64,000 bases of DNA, from assembly GCA_964578645.1 (NCBI GenBank), contig CAZODR010000003.1:13951-77950 (forward strand), in the 5' to 3' direction. This stretch comes from an uncultured Candidatus Saccharibacteria bacterium (GTDB lineage: Bacteria > Patescibacteriota > Saccharimonadia > Saccharimonadales > Saccharimonadaceae). The translations under genes were made by a program, and so were the position numbers. Positions 9,555 to 18,936 of this stretch are shown here, in pieces (the first letter of the stretch is position 1; each line of letters opens with the position of its first letter). The notes beneath the pieces are model-generated. The model had not been told where the DNA came from. It worked only from the letters and a program-made list of their open reading frames with translations, and ran no database searches.

Positions 9555-11543
9555 CTAGTTGCTCGCCCCTAACCAATATTTCTTTCCGCTCGACAAGTCA
9601 TAATTCACTAGCTCGTACTCGTCCAGCACGTCCGTGACCTCTAGCGGATTTTCCTCATTATAGAAACTTGGAGCTAAGATCGGCGCATCCTCACAAACCG
9701 CATCTTCGAGATACATCAGCGTCGGTTTTTGCGACCCAATCAAATCATACATCGTATTCACTAGACAATTCGGGCTCACCGTTGGCAAATCCACTCCCTT
9801 GACCATTGAAAAGTCGAATCCTAATTCTTGATTCAGCTCCTTTACAGCGTCCTTGCTAAACCTATTTTCCAAATCAAAATTCGCATAGACAAAGTACGGC
9901 GTCAAATGCACTAAATTAACCAAACTTTGATCATCCGAAGTCGCATAATCGCTCAACGCCCCCGCCGCATGATCCCCAAACCAAATCACTACCGTCCTCT
10001 CATCCAACTTATCCAACTTCTCGATAAACTCCCCGAGATATTCATCCGCATGATGCATATTCTCATATGTCAACTCAACATCATCACCATGCCAGACATT
10101 ATCCTTCTTTAGCTTAAACTGCCGTGTAGAATATTTCGCAGAATCAAACGGCGTATGATTCTGGATCGTAATCGCTCCGATCGCCTGCGGCTCTTTCTCG
10201 TCTTCCAAAATCTTCAAGATCTGTTTATAAACTGATTCATCACTAACGAAACCATTACCGTTTTCCTTCTCCGCAAAATCCATCGTATTAATATCAAGAA
10301 ACTCATCGAATTGCATCGCCGGATAAACTAGGTTACGCTTATACATCGTGCGGTTAAACGGATGCAGCGCCGTAGTCTGGAAATCATTTTCTTTCGCGTA
10401 GCTAATTAATCCCGGCAAAACTTTTAGCTTACTTGCAAAAGTCGCGTACGGAACCGTCTGCGCCCAATAATTCGACAATCCTGTAAACGCCGAGAACTCT
10501 ACATTTGCCGTATTTCCGCCATATTCCGGCGAATACATATATCCGCTAGGATATTTCTCAAAAATCTTATGCAAATTCGGCGTCACGTCTCCGCCCGTAT
10601 GCTCATATTGTTCGCCCAAAACTGCCGGATCATAAAAACTTTCATTCATAATAAAGACCACATTGTCCGCGACCTGACTAAGAGGCTTACGTTTCGCATC
10701 GTCTTTCTGCTTCTCGGCTCGATATTTTTGCGCAATCTCTTCGACGCGCTCCTTGCTATAATCTTCCGGCGCTTCTAATTTCAACGATCCCAAATCACGC
10801 ATAAACGCAATAATATAACCGTTCTGCTCATAATTCATCGATTGATTACAAAGTTCGAATTTCAATCCTTCGAGCCAAGGCAGTTCTTCCTCCGTCCGGT
10901 TATGTACGACAGGATCGGCCAGCATTACTAGCGCCGTCACTGCGATTAAAACGAAGCTCAGTCGCGGTACAATCTCAAATCTTTCCCACCAAACTCGTTC
11001 TTTAGAATTATACCCCACCAATTTTTTAGCATAATGTTCCAGCAAAATCGCGCCAATAATTACTAGGATAATTCCGATAGCCAACCGCACGACCTCGCGC
11101 ATATCGACGAATTCCATCAACGCGCCGTCCGCCAGCTGAAAATCCCCCGGAACCAACGGCGTGCTACGAAACTTATACTTTTGTGTATTCGCATACATTA
11201 AAGCCGCCAACCCCGAAAACACCAGCGCCGTGCTCAGGAAAGGTTTCCACAAAATCGCGCTCAGCGTCACCAAAATCAACAAAATAATCAAACAGCTATA
11301 ACTAAACAGCGCCGGCTTTTCCTGAATATAATTCATCACCTCCCCCGCGTCCTGATTATATTGCTGCCACAATACAAACCATCCCAAAATCAAGGACATA
11401 ATTATCAAAAACAAAAACGACAACAAAACTCGCAGAATCGTCGGCATCGCATGTCGCGATTTTTCTTCCAGCTGCTCTTCCTTCGAAATCAGTTCCGCTT
11501 CCTTTGTGTTTTTATCGACCGAATTTTTCACGTTTTTCTTCAT
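9555..11543 (-). CDS. LTA-synthase/sulfatase-family membrane protein
   Basis: N-terminal multi-TM region plus an extracellular sulfatase-like domain (MNESFYDP, GGNTANVEFSAFTG). Start moved to MKKNVKN (11543), 9 nt after TATAAT. Confidence 0.8.
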   Translation of the reverse strand: MKKNVKNSVDKNTKEAELISKEEQLEEKSRHAMPTILRVLLSFLFLIIMSLILGWFVLWQQYNQDAGEVMNYIQEKPALFSYSCLIILLILVTLSAILWKPFLSTALVFSGLAALMYANTQKYKFRSTPLVPGDFQLADGALMEFVDMREVVRLAIGIILVIIGAILLEHYAKKLVGYNSKERVWWERFEIVPRLSFVLIAVTALVMLADPVVHNRTEEELPWLEGLKFELCNQSMNYEQNGYIIAFMRDLGSLKLEAPEDYSKERVEEIAQKYRAEKQKDDAKRKPLSQVADNVVFIMNESFYDPAVLGEQYEHTGGDVTPNLHKIFEKYPSGYMYSPEYGGNTANVEFSAFTGLSNYWAQTVPYATFASKLKVLPGLISYAKENDFQTTALHPFNRTMYKRNLVYPAMQFDEFLDINTMDFAEKENGNGFVSDESVYKQILKILEDEKEPQAIGAITIQNHTPFDSAKYSTRQFKLKKDNVWHGDDVELTYENMHHADEYLGEFIEKLDKLDERTVVIWFGDHAAGALSDYATSDDQSLVNLVHLTPYFVYANFDLENRFSKDAVKELNQELGFDFSMVKGVDLPTVSPNCLVNTMYDLIGSQKPTLMYLEDAVCEDAPILAPSFYNEENPLEVTDVLDEYELVNYDLSSGKKYWLGASN

Positions 11544-11627
11544 ACATACTATATTATAGCATACTTTATGTGAATAAAATAGTGCCTTCGCTTTACGAGG
11601 CACTATTCTTGCAGCTACAACGCGATT

Positions 11628-12518
11628 TTATTCAGCATTATAGTCGTCACAATCATATCCACCATCGCTCAAACGTGTCGCAATGTCAGAAATGAAGAAA
11701 CCGACAATTCCGCCGACAATCGGTACGATTACATACGCCGCAATCGCCATTCCGGCTAGACCAGCCAATTCGCCAAATCCTTCCGCAGTCGTTGGCAAGA
11801 TCTGATACATCAAAGCCGTAGCTGGGTTAAACATAAAGCTGTTCCCGAGACCGAAAAAGCTCTGTGCAATGACAATCCCGAAAATAATCGCCAAAGTCAT
11901 ACCGCTAGTCACGGTCAAAGCGAAGCTCACGGGACTCTTGCGCGAAAAACGCAAAGCGCGCGCATAGCAGAACGCAATCACAATCGCGCCGAGCAACTCG
12001 ACCAAAGCCACTGCCCAGAAAGTCTCGCCGGCGATTTCGTCCATGATTGGCAATTCTGCCGAAGTTTGGCTACCGAGACGGAAAGCGTTGATGATAATCA
12101 ACCCGATCCAAGCGCCGAGAACCTGTGCCAACATATAGAGAACGCCCCGAATCGCCGACATCCGGCGTGTCGCCATCATCCCAGCGGTCACCAGCGGATT
12201 CAAATTCGCCCCCGAAATCCCGACCACCGCAATATAGACGCCGATTGCTGCAAAGATTAGATATAGCGGTTGCACTCCAAGCGTGAGCAGCAACATGACG
12301 ATTAGCATCGTACCAATCAACTCTCCAGCGAGCGCGCCCCAGATCTTCCGTGTCTTAAAAATTGTCAAAATATTTTCATTTTCGTCGCATTTACGCGCGA
12401 AAAAACCTTTTTTCGGAGCTTCGGCAGTGGCTGTCTTTTTCGACGCAATCACCTCACTCTTACTTTCTGGTTTAGCTGAAGACTTTTTCGTCGTCTTCTT
12501 TGGCTTCTGATTTGCCAT
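11628..12518 (-). CDS. MIP-family channel (aquaporin/glycerol facilitator)
   Basis: Two NPx motifs (NLNPLVT, FNPATAL) and 6 TM segments. AAGGAGG SD precedes the tandem ATGs; the ORF-track start lies inside the TGTGCTATAAT promoter. Confidence 0.85.
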   Translation of the reverse strand: MANQKPKKTTKKSSAKPESKSEVIASKKTATAEAPKKGFFARKCDENENILTIFKTRKIWGALAGELIGTMLIVMLLLTLGVQPLYLIFAAIGVYIAVVGISGANLNPLVTAGMMATRRMSAIRGVLYMLAQVLGAWIGLIIINAFRLGSQTSAELPIMDEIAGETFWAVALVELLGAIVIAFCYARALRFSRKSPVSFALTVTSGMTLAIIFGIVIAQSFFGLGNSFMFNPATALMYQILPTTAEGFGELAGLAGMAIAAYVIVPIVGGIVGFFISDIATRLSDGGYDCDDYNAE

Positions 12519-12615
12519 CATAACCTCCTTAACAATAATATTCCCGCTCATTATAGCACACATATGTTACAATTGAAAAGTACAAAGTTAAGCGTAAGAT
12601 CTAAGGAAATCAATT

Positions 12616-12843
12616 ATGGGAATTATGATGACAAAAGACACGAATGATAATACTGAGCTCGACCGGCGTATTTCCGCCGATCTCCGCGCTCGCGCCCAAC
12701 AATCGCGCCAGGCCGCCGATATTGACGGCGTCGAGGATTCGCGCTATGTCGAGGAGACAAAAAAGACCAATAAATTCACTTGGGTCTGGATTGTTCTCAT
12801 CGTCCTCGCTATCATCTCGCTGATTTGTATTGTCATTATCTAG
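12616..12843 (+). CDS. Small C-terminally TM-anchored protein
   Basis: 75-aa ORF with a charged N-terminal part and C-terminal TM WVWIVLIVLAIISLICIVII. The overlapping minus-strand ORF has no such features. Confidence 0.45.
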   Translation: MGIMMTKDTNDNTELDRRISADLRARAQQSRQAADIDGVEDSRYVEETKKTNKFTWVWIVLIVLAIISLICIVII

Positions 12844-12867
12844 CGACATCGTGCTATAATAATATAC

Positions 12868-13809
12868 ATGTCAGAGTTAGAACGATTGAAGAGTGAGCTG
12901 AAACAGCTTAACTCCGAGTATGTCAAAATCAAAACCTTACCTCCGGAGGAACGTAGCGAATTCGGTCGCACGATGAATGCCAAAAAACAAAAGTTGCTCA
13001 GCGCAATTTCCGCCGCTGAGGCTGCCGCCGAAAGTGAGAGTGTAACACCGATTGATATTTCCGCCCCTTGCGCGCCAAACGCCGCCCTGCCCGAGCTAAA
13101 AATCGGCTCGAAGCATCCGCTTATGGTCGAGCTCGAGCGCGTGGTTGCGATTTATTCGGGAATGGGTTTTGATATTATGGAGTCGCGCCAGCTCGATGAC
13201 GAATTCCATATGTTTGACAGTTTGAACTTCCCGAAGGATCATCCTGCACGCGATGGTTATGACACTTTTCGCACGGCCGAGAATTTTATTCCTCCCGCGC
13301 ACACTTCGACTATGCAATATCGCGCTCTGAAAAAATACCAGCCGAAACTTGCGCAGAACGGGAAGATCGCCGTCGCCATTCCTGGCCGAGTCTTTCGCAA
13401 CGAAGACGCCGACGCGACCCACGAACACACATTTTACCAATGCGAAGGCGTTTTTGTCTCCAAAGATGCGACCATGGGCCAGCTTTTCGGCATTCTGAAA
13501 CATTTTTTCGGAGCTTATTATGGGGAAGATCTGAATATTAAGACCCAGCCCGGCTACTTTCCTTTCACCGAACCTTCGGCTGAATTTTTGATTGAAAAAC
13601 CCGCCAGTCTCGGAGGAAAAGGTTGGCTAGAAATGGGCGGCTGCGGTATGATTCATCGCAACGTCCTTAAAACTGCCGGTATTGACCCCAATGTTTATCA
13701 TGGTTTTGCTTGGGGTGGCGGCATCGACCGTCTCGCCATGTTGAAATATGGCCTTAGTGATGTTCGCTTCTTTGAATCTGGAAAACTTGACTTTTTGGAG
13801 GAATTCTAG
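12868..13809 (+). CDS. pheS: Phenylalanyl-tRNA synthetase alpha subunit
   Basis: Class II motifs (HPARD, FRNE..DATH, GCGMIHRNV..GFAWGGGIDR). TATAAT lies 7 nt before the ATG. Confidence 0.93.
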   Translation: MSELERLKSELKQLNSEYVKIKTLPPEERSEFGRTMNAKKQKLLSAISAAEAAAESESVTPIDISAPCAPNAALPELKIGSKHPLMVELERVVAIYSGMGFDIMESRQLDDEFHMFDSLNFPKDHPARDGYDTFRTAENFIPPAHTSTMQYRALKKYQPKLAQNGKIAVAIPGRVFRNEDADATHEHTFYQCEGVFVSKDATMGQLFGILKHFFGAYYGEDLNIKTQPGYFPFTEPSAEFLIEKPASLGGKGWLEMGGCGMIHRNVLKTAGIDPNVYHGFAWGGGIDRLAMLKYGLSDVRFFESGKLDFLEEF

Positions 13810-13840
13810 TGAAATATAAGAAAAATCAGCCTATCCTTCC

Positions 13841-13869
13841 ATTATAGCACACATTATCATAAAAGTCAA
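13841..13869 (-). promoter_or_regulatory. Consensus promoter on minus strand, pointing antisense into the pheS 3' end
   Basis: The reverse complement reads CTATTGACT-17 nt-TATAATGGAAGG with a TGTG extended -10. It is near-identical in design to the 1097..1125 copy. Confidence 0.5.
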
Positions 13870-13886
13870 TAGAAAGCGTAATAATT

Positions 13887-16364
13887 ATGAAAATATCCCT
13901 GAATGAAATCAAAAAATACGTTAAAATCCCTGAAAAAGTCTCAGATCATGAGCTAATTGAGCTCATCGGCTCGCGCTTAGTCGAGATCGAAGAAGTCATC
14001 GATCTCGGCCCGAAATATCAGGGGATTTATATTGTAAAAGTCGTGAATTGTGAACCTATCCCCGAGACCCATTTGAGCCGCTGTGAGATTGATTGCGGCG
14101 AGCATAATTCGGATTATAATCAGCTCGAAAACGGTTTGGTGCAGGTTGTCTGCGGCGCGCCCAATGTCCATGCTGGCATGCTCGCGGTCTGGATTGCCCC
14201 GGCCAGCATCGTCCCTGAGACTTATGGCAACGAAAATTTCAAGCTTAGCGTGCGCAAATTGCGTGGCTCCGAATCGAATGGGATGCTGGCCGGGGCCGAC
14301 GAACTCGGCTTCGACAACGAACATAAGGCCATCGCCGAAATCGATCCGAAGACCAGTGTGGCGGACAAGGAGAGCGGTTCTAGCCGTCCAGTGCGGGCGG
14401 GCGATGCGTTGAGCGAAGTTTTTGATCTCGACGACATCATTCTTGATGTCGAGAATAAGTCGCTCACGCATCGCCCGGACTGTTTCGGGCTGATTGGTTT
14501 TGCGCGCGAGGTTGCCGGAATTCTGGGCATCGACTTTGTCGAACCGGAAGTTTTTCAGGACGAGCGCCTGCCAAAAGTGAAGCCCGCCCTGTCTCTAGAA
14601 GCGCAGATCGTCGATGCCCAGCTTTGCCCGCGTTATTCTTGCGCTGTGTTCGATTTGAAAGATAATACGCCTAGCAAATATCTTACGTCGTCGACCATTT
14701 TCCTCGCCAAAGCCGGAATGCGCGCGATTGATCCTATGGTGGATTTGACCAATATTCTTATGCTTGAAACTGGCCAGCCTCTGCATGCTTTTGATTATGA
14801 TAAATTGGTCGCGGTCGGCGGTGAAGATTCGGCAAAAATCATCGTTCGCGCTGCGACCGAAGGCGAGCCTTTGCAGCTGCTGGACGGAAAAACTATTTCT
14901 TGTATCACCGATGATATTTTGATTACCTCGAATAATGTTCCGGTCGCGCTCGCCGGCGCTATGGGCGGCAAAAACACTGAAATCGATGCCAGTACGCGGC
15001 GCGTCGTCCTCGAGAGCGCGACCTTCTCGCTTTACCATTTGCGCAAAACTCAAATGGCGCATGGTATTTTCTCTGAAGCCATTACCCGTTTCACGAAGGG
15101 TCAACCCGCCGCGATGACCGGTCGCGTGCTCGCCGAAGCCCTGAAGCGTCTCGCTGTCGGACCATTGGCGCTGGTCGACGAGTTTCCTGAACCAGAGAAA
15201 GAAAATGCGATCGAAGTTAGCGTCGACCAAATCAACTCCCTTCTCGGTACGGATTATAGCGTTGAGTTGATTGCCCAGACATTGTCAAACGTTGGGTTCG
15301 TAATCAAGGTTAATGAGGACCATCTCCGCGTCGTCGTCCCGGATTGGCGCACCGATGTCCATCTCGCCGAAGATGTCATCGAAGAAGTCGGGCGTTTACT
15401 TGGTTTTGATAATATTCCGTTGCGTTTGCCCCTGCGCGAGTTTATCGAGGCGGAGGTCGACCCGCTGATTAAGCTAAAGAATGAGTTACGCGAAGTTTTG
15501 TCGGGCAGCTTAGGCATGAATGAACTTCTGACTTATTCCTTCGTCAGCCGCAATCTGATTGTGAATGTTGGCAAGGACCCGGACGATTGCTATGAAATTA
15601 CTAATTCGATCTCGCCGGAGCTGCAGTGTTTCCGTTCCGAAATTGTCCCCAGCCTCCTAGACAAAGTTCGTGAGAATTTGAAATCGGGGCATGAGAATTT
15701 CTGTCTCTACGAAATGAACCAGATTGCGCGGCGGGGCAGCGGGCTGGATGCTGAAGGCGTGCCAAAGTTGCGTAGTCATCTCGGCGTGGTTAATCTTGGC
15801 GACTTTTACGATTTGAAAGCCAAGATTATGGCTCTGTTTCGCGCATTGAAACTTGATCTCGAATATCTCGCCTTGACTCCTGAAGCGGCCGCGCGCCATC
15901 CTTATCTAGAGCCTAAACGCTCGGCGATTATCGTCGTCGATGGGAAAGTGGTTGCGGCTTTTGGCGAAGTGCGCACAGCGGTTTTGCGCCGTTTTAAGCT
16001 CGATCAAGTCGTCAGCGCTCTCGAGCTCAGTCTCGACAAAATCGTCGCGGCGCCGCGCTCAGAAAAAGTTGATTTCCAGTTCTCGAAATTCCCGTTCGTC
16101 GAGCGTGATATTACCCTTCGCGTTGATGCTATGACACCTTTTGGCCGCATTGACCAGGAGCTAGTAGCGGTCTTGAAAGCCGAGAATCTGATTTCTTCCG
16201 TCACTCCGCTCTCGATCTACCAAGCCGAAGATTCGTCGAGAAAGCACCTTTCTTTCCATCTCAAGTTCTCTGATCCCGAAAAAACTTTGAATTCCGAGGA
16301 GATCTCTGCTATAATGGACAAAATTACTACTGCCATGGCGTTGACTGGCGCTGAGACGATATAA
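13887..16364 (+). CDS. pheT: Phenylalanyl-tRNA synthetase beta subunit
   Basis: 825 aa with an N-terminal tRNA-binding domain, B3/4 and B5 regions. Position is directly after pheS. Confidence 0.92.
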   Translation: MKISLNEIKKYVKIPEKVSDHELIELIGSRLVEIEEVIDLGPKYQGIYIVKVVNCEPIPETHLSRCEIDCGEHNSDYNQLENGLVQVVCGAPNVHAGMLAVWIAPASIVPETYGNENFKLSVRKLRGSESNGMLAGADELGFDNEHKAIAEIDPKTSVADKESGSSRPVRAGDALSEVFDLDDIILDVENKSLTHRPDCFGLIGFAREVAGILGIDFVEPEVFQDERLPKVKPALSLEAQIVDAQLCPRYSCAVFDLKDNTPSKYLTSSTIFLAKAGMRAIDPMVDLTNILMLETGQPLHAFDYDKLVAVGGEDSAKIIVRAATEGEPLQLLDGKTISCITDDILITSNNVPVALAGAMGGKNTEIDASTRRVVLESATFSLYHLRKTQMAHGIFSEAITRFTKGQPAAMTGRVLAEALKRLAVGPLALVDEFPEPEKENAIEVSVDQINSLLGTDYSVELIAQTLSNVGFVIKVNEDHLRVVVPDWRTDVHLAEDVIEEVGRLLGFDNIPLRLPLREFIEAEVDPLIKLKNELREVLSGSLGMNELLTYSFVSRNLIVNVGKDPDDCYEITNSISPELQCFRSEIVPSLLDKVRENLKSGHENFCLYEMNQIARRGSGLDAEGVPKLRSHLGVVNLGDFYDLKAKIMALFRALKLDLEYLALTPEAAARHPYLEPKRSAIIVVDGKVVAAFGEVRTAVLRRFKLDQVVSALELSLDKIVAAPRSEKVDFQFSKFPFVERDITLRVDAMTPFGRIDQELVAVLKAENLISSVTPLSIYQAEDSSRKHLSFHLKFSDPEKTLNSEEISAIMDKITTAMALTGAETI

Positions 16365-16373
16365 AGGAGGAAT

Positions 16374-17078
16374 ATGGACGAAAAATCCCTGAAGACCAGC
16401 TGGAAACAACGTATAATTATTATCATTGTCGCTTTGCTCTTGGTCGGGTCGACGATTCTAGCTTATGTATTGATTGTCTTGAATAATAACGGATCGGGCA
16501 ATAAGTCCAGCGTCAACGATGCTGAGATTGCCGAGCTAGAAGAGAAATACGAAGCCAAAAACGCCGAGATCGAAGCCGCCGCGAAGCCGCTCTCGGATAA
16601 ATATTTCAAAGATTTCTCCGGATATAAATCCAAAGTTAAGGCGTATAACGCCGAAACTGTCCAAAGCGCCGGATTAAAGACTGAAGATCTGAAAGTTGGT
16701 AATGGCAAAACTCTAGAAGACGATGATCTCGATTATTCCGCTTATTATATCGGTTGGTGTCCGGACGGCAGCATTTTTGACTCCTCTTTCGATGACAAAG
16801 AAGACCCGAAGAGCTTGAAAGCTCCGCTCGATCCGAACTTGGGACTGATTGAGGGCTGGAACGAAGGCGTCATCGGCATGAAGCTTGGCGGCGTGCGCCA
16901 GATCGAAATGTCCGGTGATTTGGCTTATGGTGATTCCCAGGAAATTTGCGGGACGACGAATTCTCCGCTGAAGTTTATCATCATGGCGATTGCGAAGGAC
17001 GAAAAACTCGACAAGCTCAATGAAGAAGCTCAGGAACTCTATTTGCAACTTTATCAAGCCTATTATAATCAGCAATAG
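16374..17078 (+). CDS. Membrane-anchored FKBP-type peptidyl-prolyl isomerase
   Basis: N-terminal TM segment. FKBP signature DGSIFDSS..IEGWNEGVIGMKLGGVRQIEMSGDLAYG. SD AAGGAGG. Confidence 0.85.
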   Translation: MDEKSLKTSWKQRIIIIIVALLLVGSTILAYVLIVLNNNGSGNKSSVNDAEIAELEEKYEAKNAEIEAAAKPLSDKYFKDFSGYKSKVKAYNAETVQSAGLKTEDLKVGNGKTLEDDDLDYSAYYIGWCPDGSIFDSSFDDKEDPKSLKAPLDPNLGLIEGWNEGVIGMKLGGVRQIEMSGDLAYGDSQEICGTTNSPLKFIIMAIAKDEKLDKLNEEAQELYLQLYQAYYNQQ

Positions 17079-17081
17079 CCC

Positions 17082-17936
17082 ATGGCGAAAATGATCGATC
17101 TCGCAATTATTGGCGCCGGTCCCGCGGCTCTCTCCGCAGCGCTCTATGCTGCGCGTGCCGGGTTGGATGTTACGGTTTATGAACGGGCATTGGTTGGCGG
17201 TGAGCTTAGTCAGATCGCGGAAATTTCGAATTATCCGGGCTTTGTGGGCGCCGGCCGCGACCTCGCTAAGACTTTTCAGGACCAGGTGGTCGCGGCCGGC
17301 GCCCGCGTCGCCTACGGCGAGTGTAGCGAAATCGTGGCTGTCCGTACTGAGCAGTGCTTTGAGCTCAAAATCGACGACGAAACCGTCCGTGCGCGCCGTG
17401 TACTTGTCGCGACCGGTTCCGAACCGCGGAAGCTGGACTTCGAGCTCAGCGTACCTGTGTCGTATTGCGCTTTGTGCGATCTCGGGCTAGTGCGGGGCGA
17501 GGAGGTCGCGGTAATCGGCGGCGGAAATTCCGCCGCCCAAGAAGCGCTCCTCCTCGCCCCGAAAGTGAAATCCTTGACGCTTATGACCCATTCTGCTCTA
17601 AAAGCCGACCACTGTCTGCGCGAGCGGCTGAGCGCCTCTCCAGGGCTCGAAATTCTAGAGAATTTCGAGCCCAGTCCCGAGGCGCTCAGCCGCTTCGATC
17701 GTGTATTTGTCTTTATCGGCAAGCGTCCGGCGACGAGCTTTCTCGAGTCGCTCGAGCCCAGTGTGCTCGATGATGCCGGCTATGTCGTGACGCGAAAGGG
17801 CGGCTATGAGACTGAGATCCCGGGGCTGTATGCTGCCGGCGACGTTCGCCAGGGCAGCGTCCACCAAGTGATTACTGCCGCCAGCGAAGGTGCCGCCGCG
17901 GCGATTGAAATTTCCGAGAAATTCCGCCGCGCTTAG
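17082..17936 (+). CDS. trxB: Thioredoxin-reductase-like FAD-dependent disulfide oxidoreductase
   Basis: GAGPAALSAALYAAR FAD motif, CALC redox pair, VIGGGNSAAQEA and YAAGDV. Confidence 0.85.
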   Translation: MAKMIDLAIIGAGPAALSAALYAARAGLDVTVYERALVGGELSQIAEISNYPGFVGAGRDLAKTFQDQVVAAGARVAYGECSEIVAVRTEQCFELKIDDETVRARRVLVATGSEPRKLDFELSVPVSYCALCDLGLVRGEEVAVIGGGNSAAQEALLLAPKVKSLTLMTHSALKADHCLRERLSASPGLEILENFEPSPEALSRFDRVFVFIGKRPATSFLESLEPSVLDDAGYVVTRKGGYETEIPGLYAAGDVRQGSVHQVITAASEGAAAAIEISEKFRRA

Positions 17937-17959
17937 GGGTGGAAGCCTCTAGGGGCGGA

Positions 17960-18051
17960 GAATTAGGGCGCAATATAGAAGAAAAGTGCTACTAGAACCC
18001 ATAAAGAATTAGGGCGCAATATAGAAGAAAAGTGCTGCTAAAATCCATAAA
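17960..18051. repeat. 46-bp direct tandem repeat, two copies
   Basis: GAATTAGGGCGCAATATAGAAGAAAAGTGCT(A/G)CTA(G/A)AA(C/T)CCATAAA occurs twice, 35 nt upstream of the 18086 promoter. Confidence 0.9.
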
Positions 18052-18085
18052 TAACCATAAACTCCGCAATAAAAGGGGTTTGCTC

Positions 18086-18114
18086 TTGACATTTTTACCA
18101 ATCTGTGCTACAAT
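18086..18114 (+). promoter_or_regulatory. Consensus promoter (module family) for the 18167 gene
   Basis: TTGACA-17-TACAAT with TGTG extended -10, followed by GGAAGTATGGGGCTAATTCCGGCCCCAT (5' hairpin). Confidence 0.7.
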
Positions 18115-18166
18115 GGAAGTATGGGGCTAATTCCGGCCCCATGACACTCAGAAAGGAGGAGGGAAA

Positions 18167-18805
18167 ATGAGTGTAATTAAAAAAATTAGGGCTATTTTTG
18201 GCCTCAGCATCCCGAAGGCTAGTGACGGTGAAGGGTATCGCAGTTACACAGTCCGCACTCGATTGGTGCAGACCGCGGACAGGGTAATGCGTATCATCCC
18301 TAGATCTGAGATTCAGCGCATCCTCCTCGAGGACGCAATCAAGGATCTGCCGCCAGAAGCGAGGGCGGCTGCTCTGAGGAACTACCGTGAGAGCCAAATA
18401 ATCGCACTCGAGCAAAAACGTGAGCAGCGTCGGCAGCATTTTGTCGTGCTTGAGCAGGAAATATCCGACCTCGTTGAAGAAATCGAACTGGGGAACGAGG
18501 TAAAGCAGTTCATGGCTGCGGATGCAAGAGTGATAAATGCCAGTACAGCTGAAGTGAATGCCAAGGAAGCGATTAACCCGGAAACCGAAGAAACTTCTCT
18601 TCCGGCGTTGACTGCTGAGGAACGCTTGAGGGCGTATATCGAGGCCCTTAGCCTTGAGTATCGCCAGCCGGCGCAGGAGTTTTTTGCTAGTCATCCTGAG
18701 ATGATTTCTATCGCTCTCGATGAGGGAAAAACTCTCCGGCTCGGCATGGATAAAAGCGGCAAGATGTATGCCGCCGGCATAAAAGTTGCCAAAAAAGCGG
18801 TCTAA
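18167..18805 (+). CDS. Hypothetical charged protein
   Basis: Strong SD (AAAGGAGGAGGG), its own promoter and a downstream terminator (GCCCCCGCTCAGGGGGCTTTT). The overlapping minus-strand ORF was rejected. Confidence 0.75.
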   Translation: MSVIKKIRAIFGLSIPKASDGEGYRSYTVRTRLVQTADRVMRIIPRSEIQRILLEDAIKDLPPEARAAALRNYRESQIIALEQKREQRRQHFVVLEQEISDLVEEIELGNEVKQFMAADARVINASTAEVNAKEAINPETEETSLPALTAEERLRAYIEALSLEYRQPAQEFFASHPEMISIALDEGKTLRLGMDKSGKMYAAGIKVAKKAV

Positions 18806-18936
18806 TGGCTGCATAAATACCTATAAGCACCAAGCCCTTTTTGCCCCCGCTCAGGGGGCTTTTCCATGCCTACTAATTTTCCATGCTCGACTTCTTCGGA
18901 GTTTCTTGATTGTCAGAAATAAGATATAATATGATT

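Noticed and set aside
18095-18814. A 239-aa minus-strand ORF overlaps the 18167..18805 gene.
   Set aside because: The plus-strand ORF has the consensus promoter, a strong SD and a terminator. The minus-strand ORF has none of these and would start inside the plus-strand terminator.
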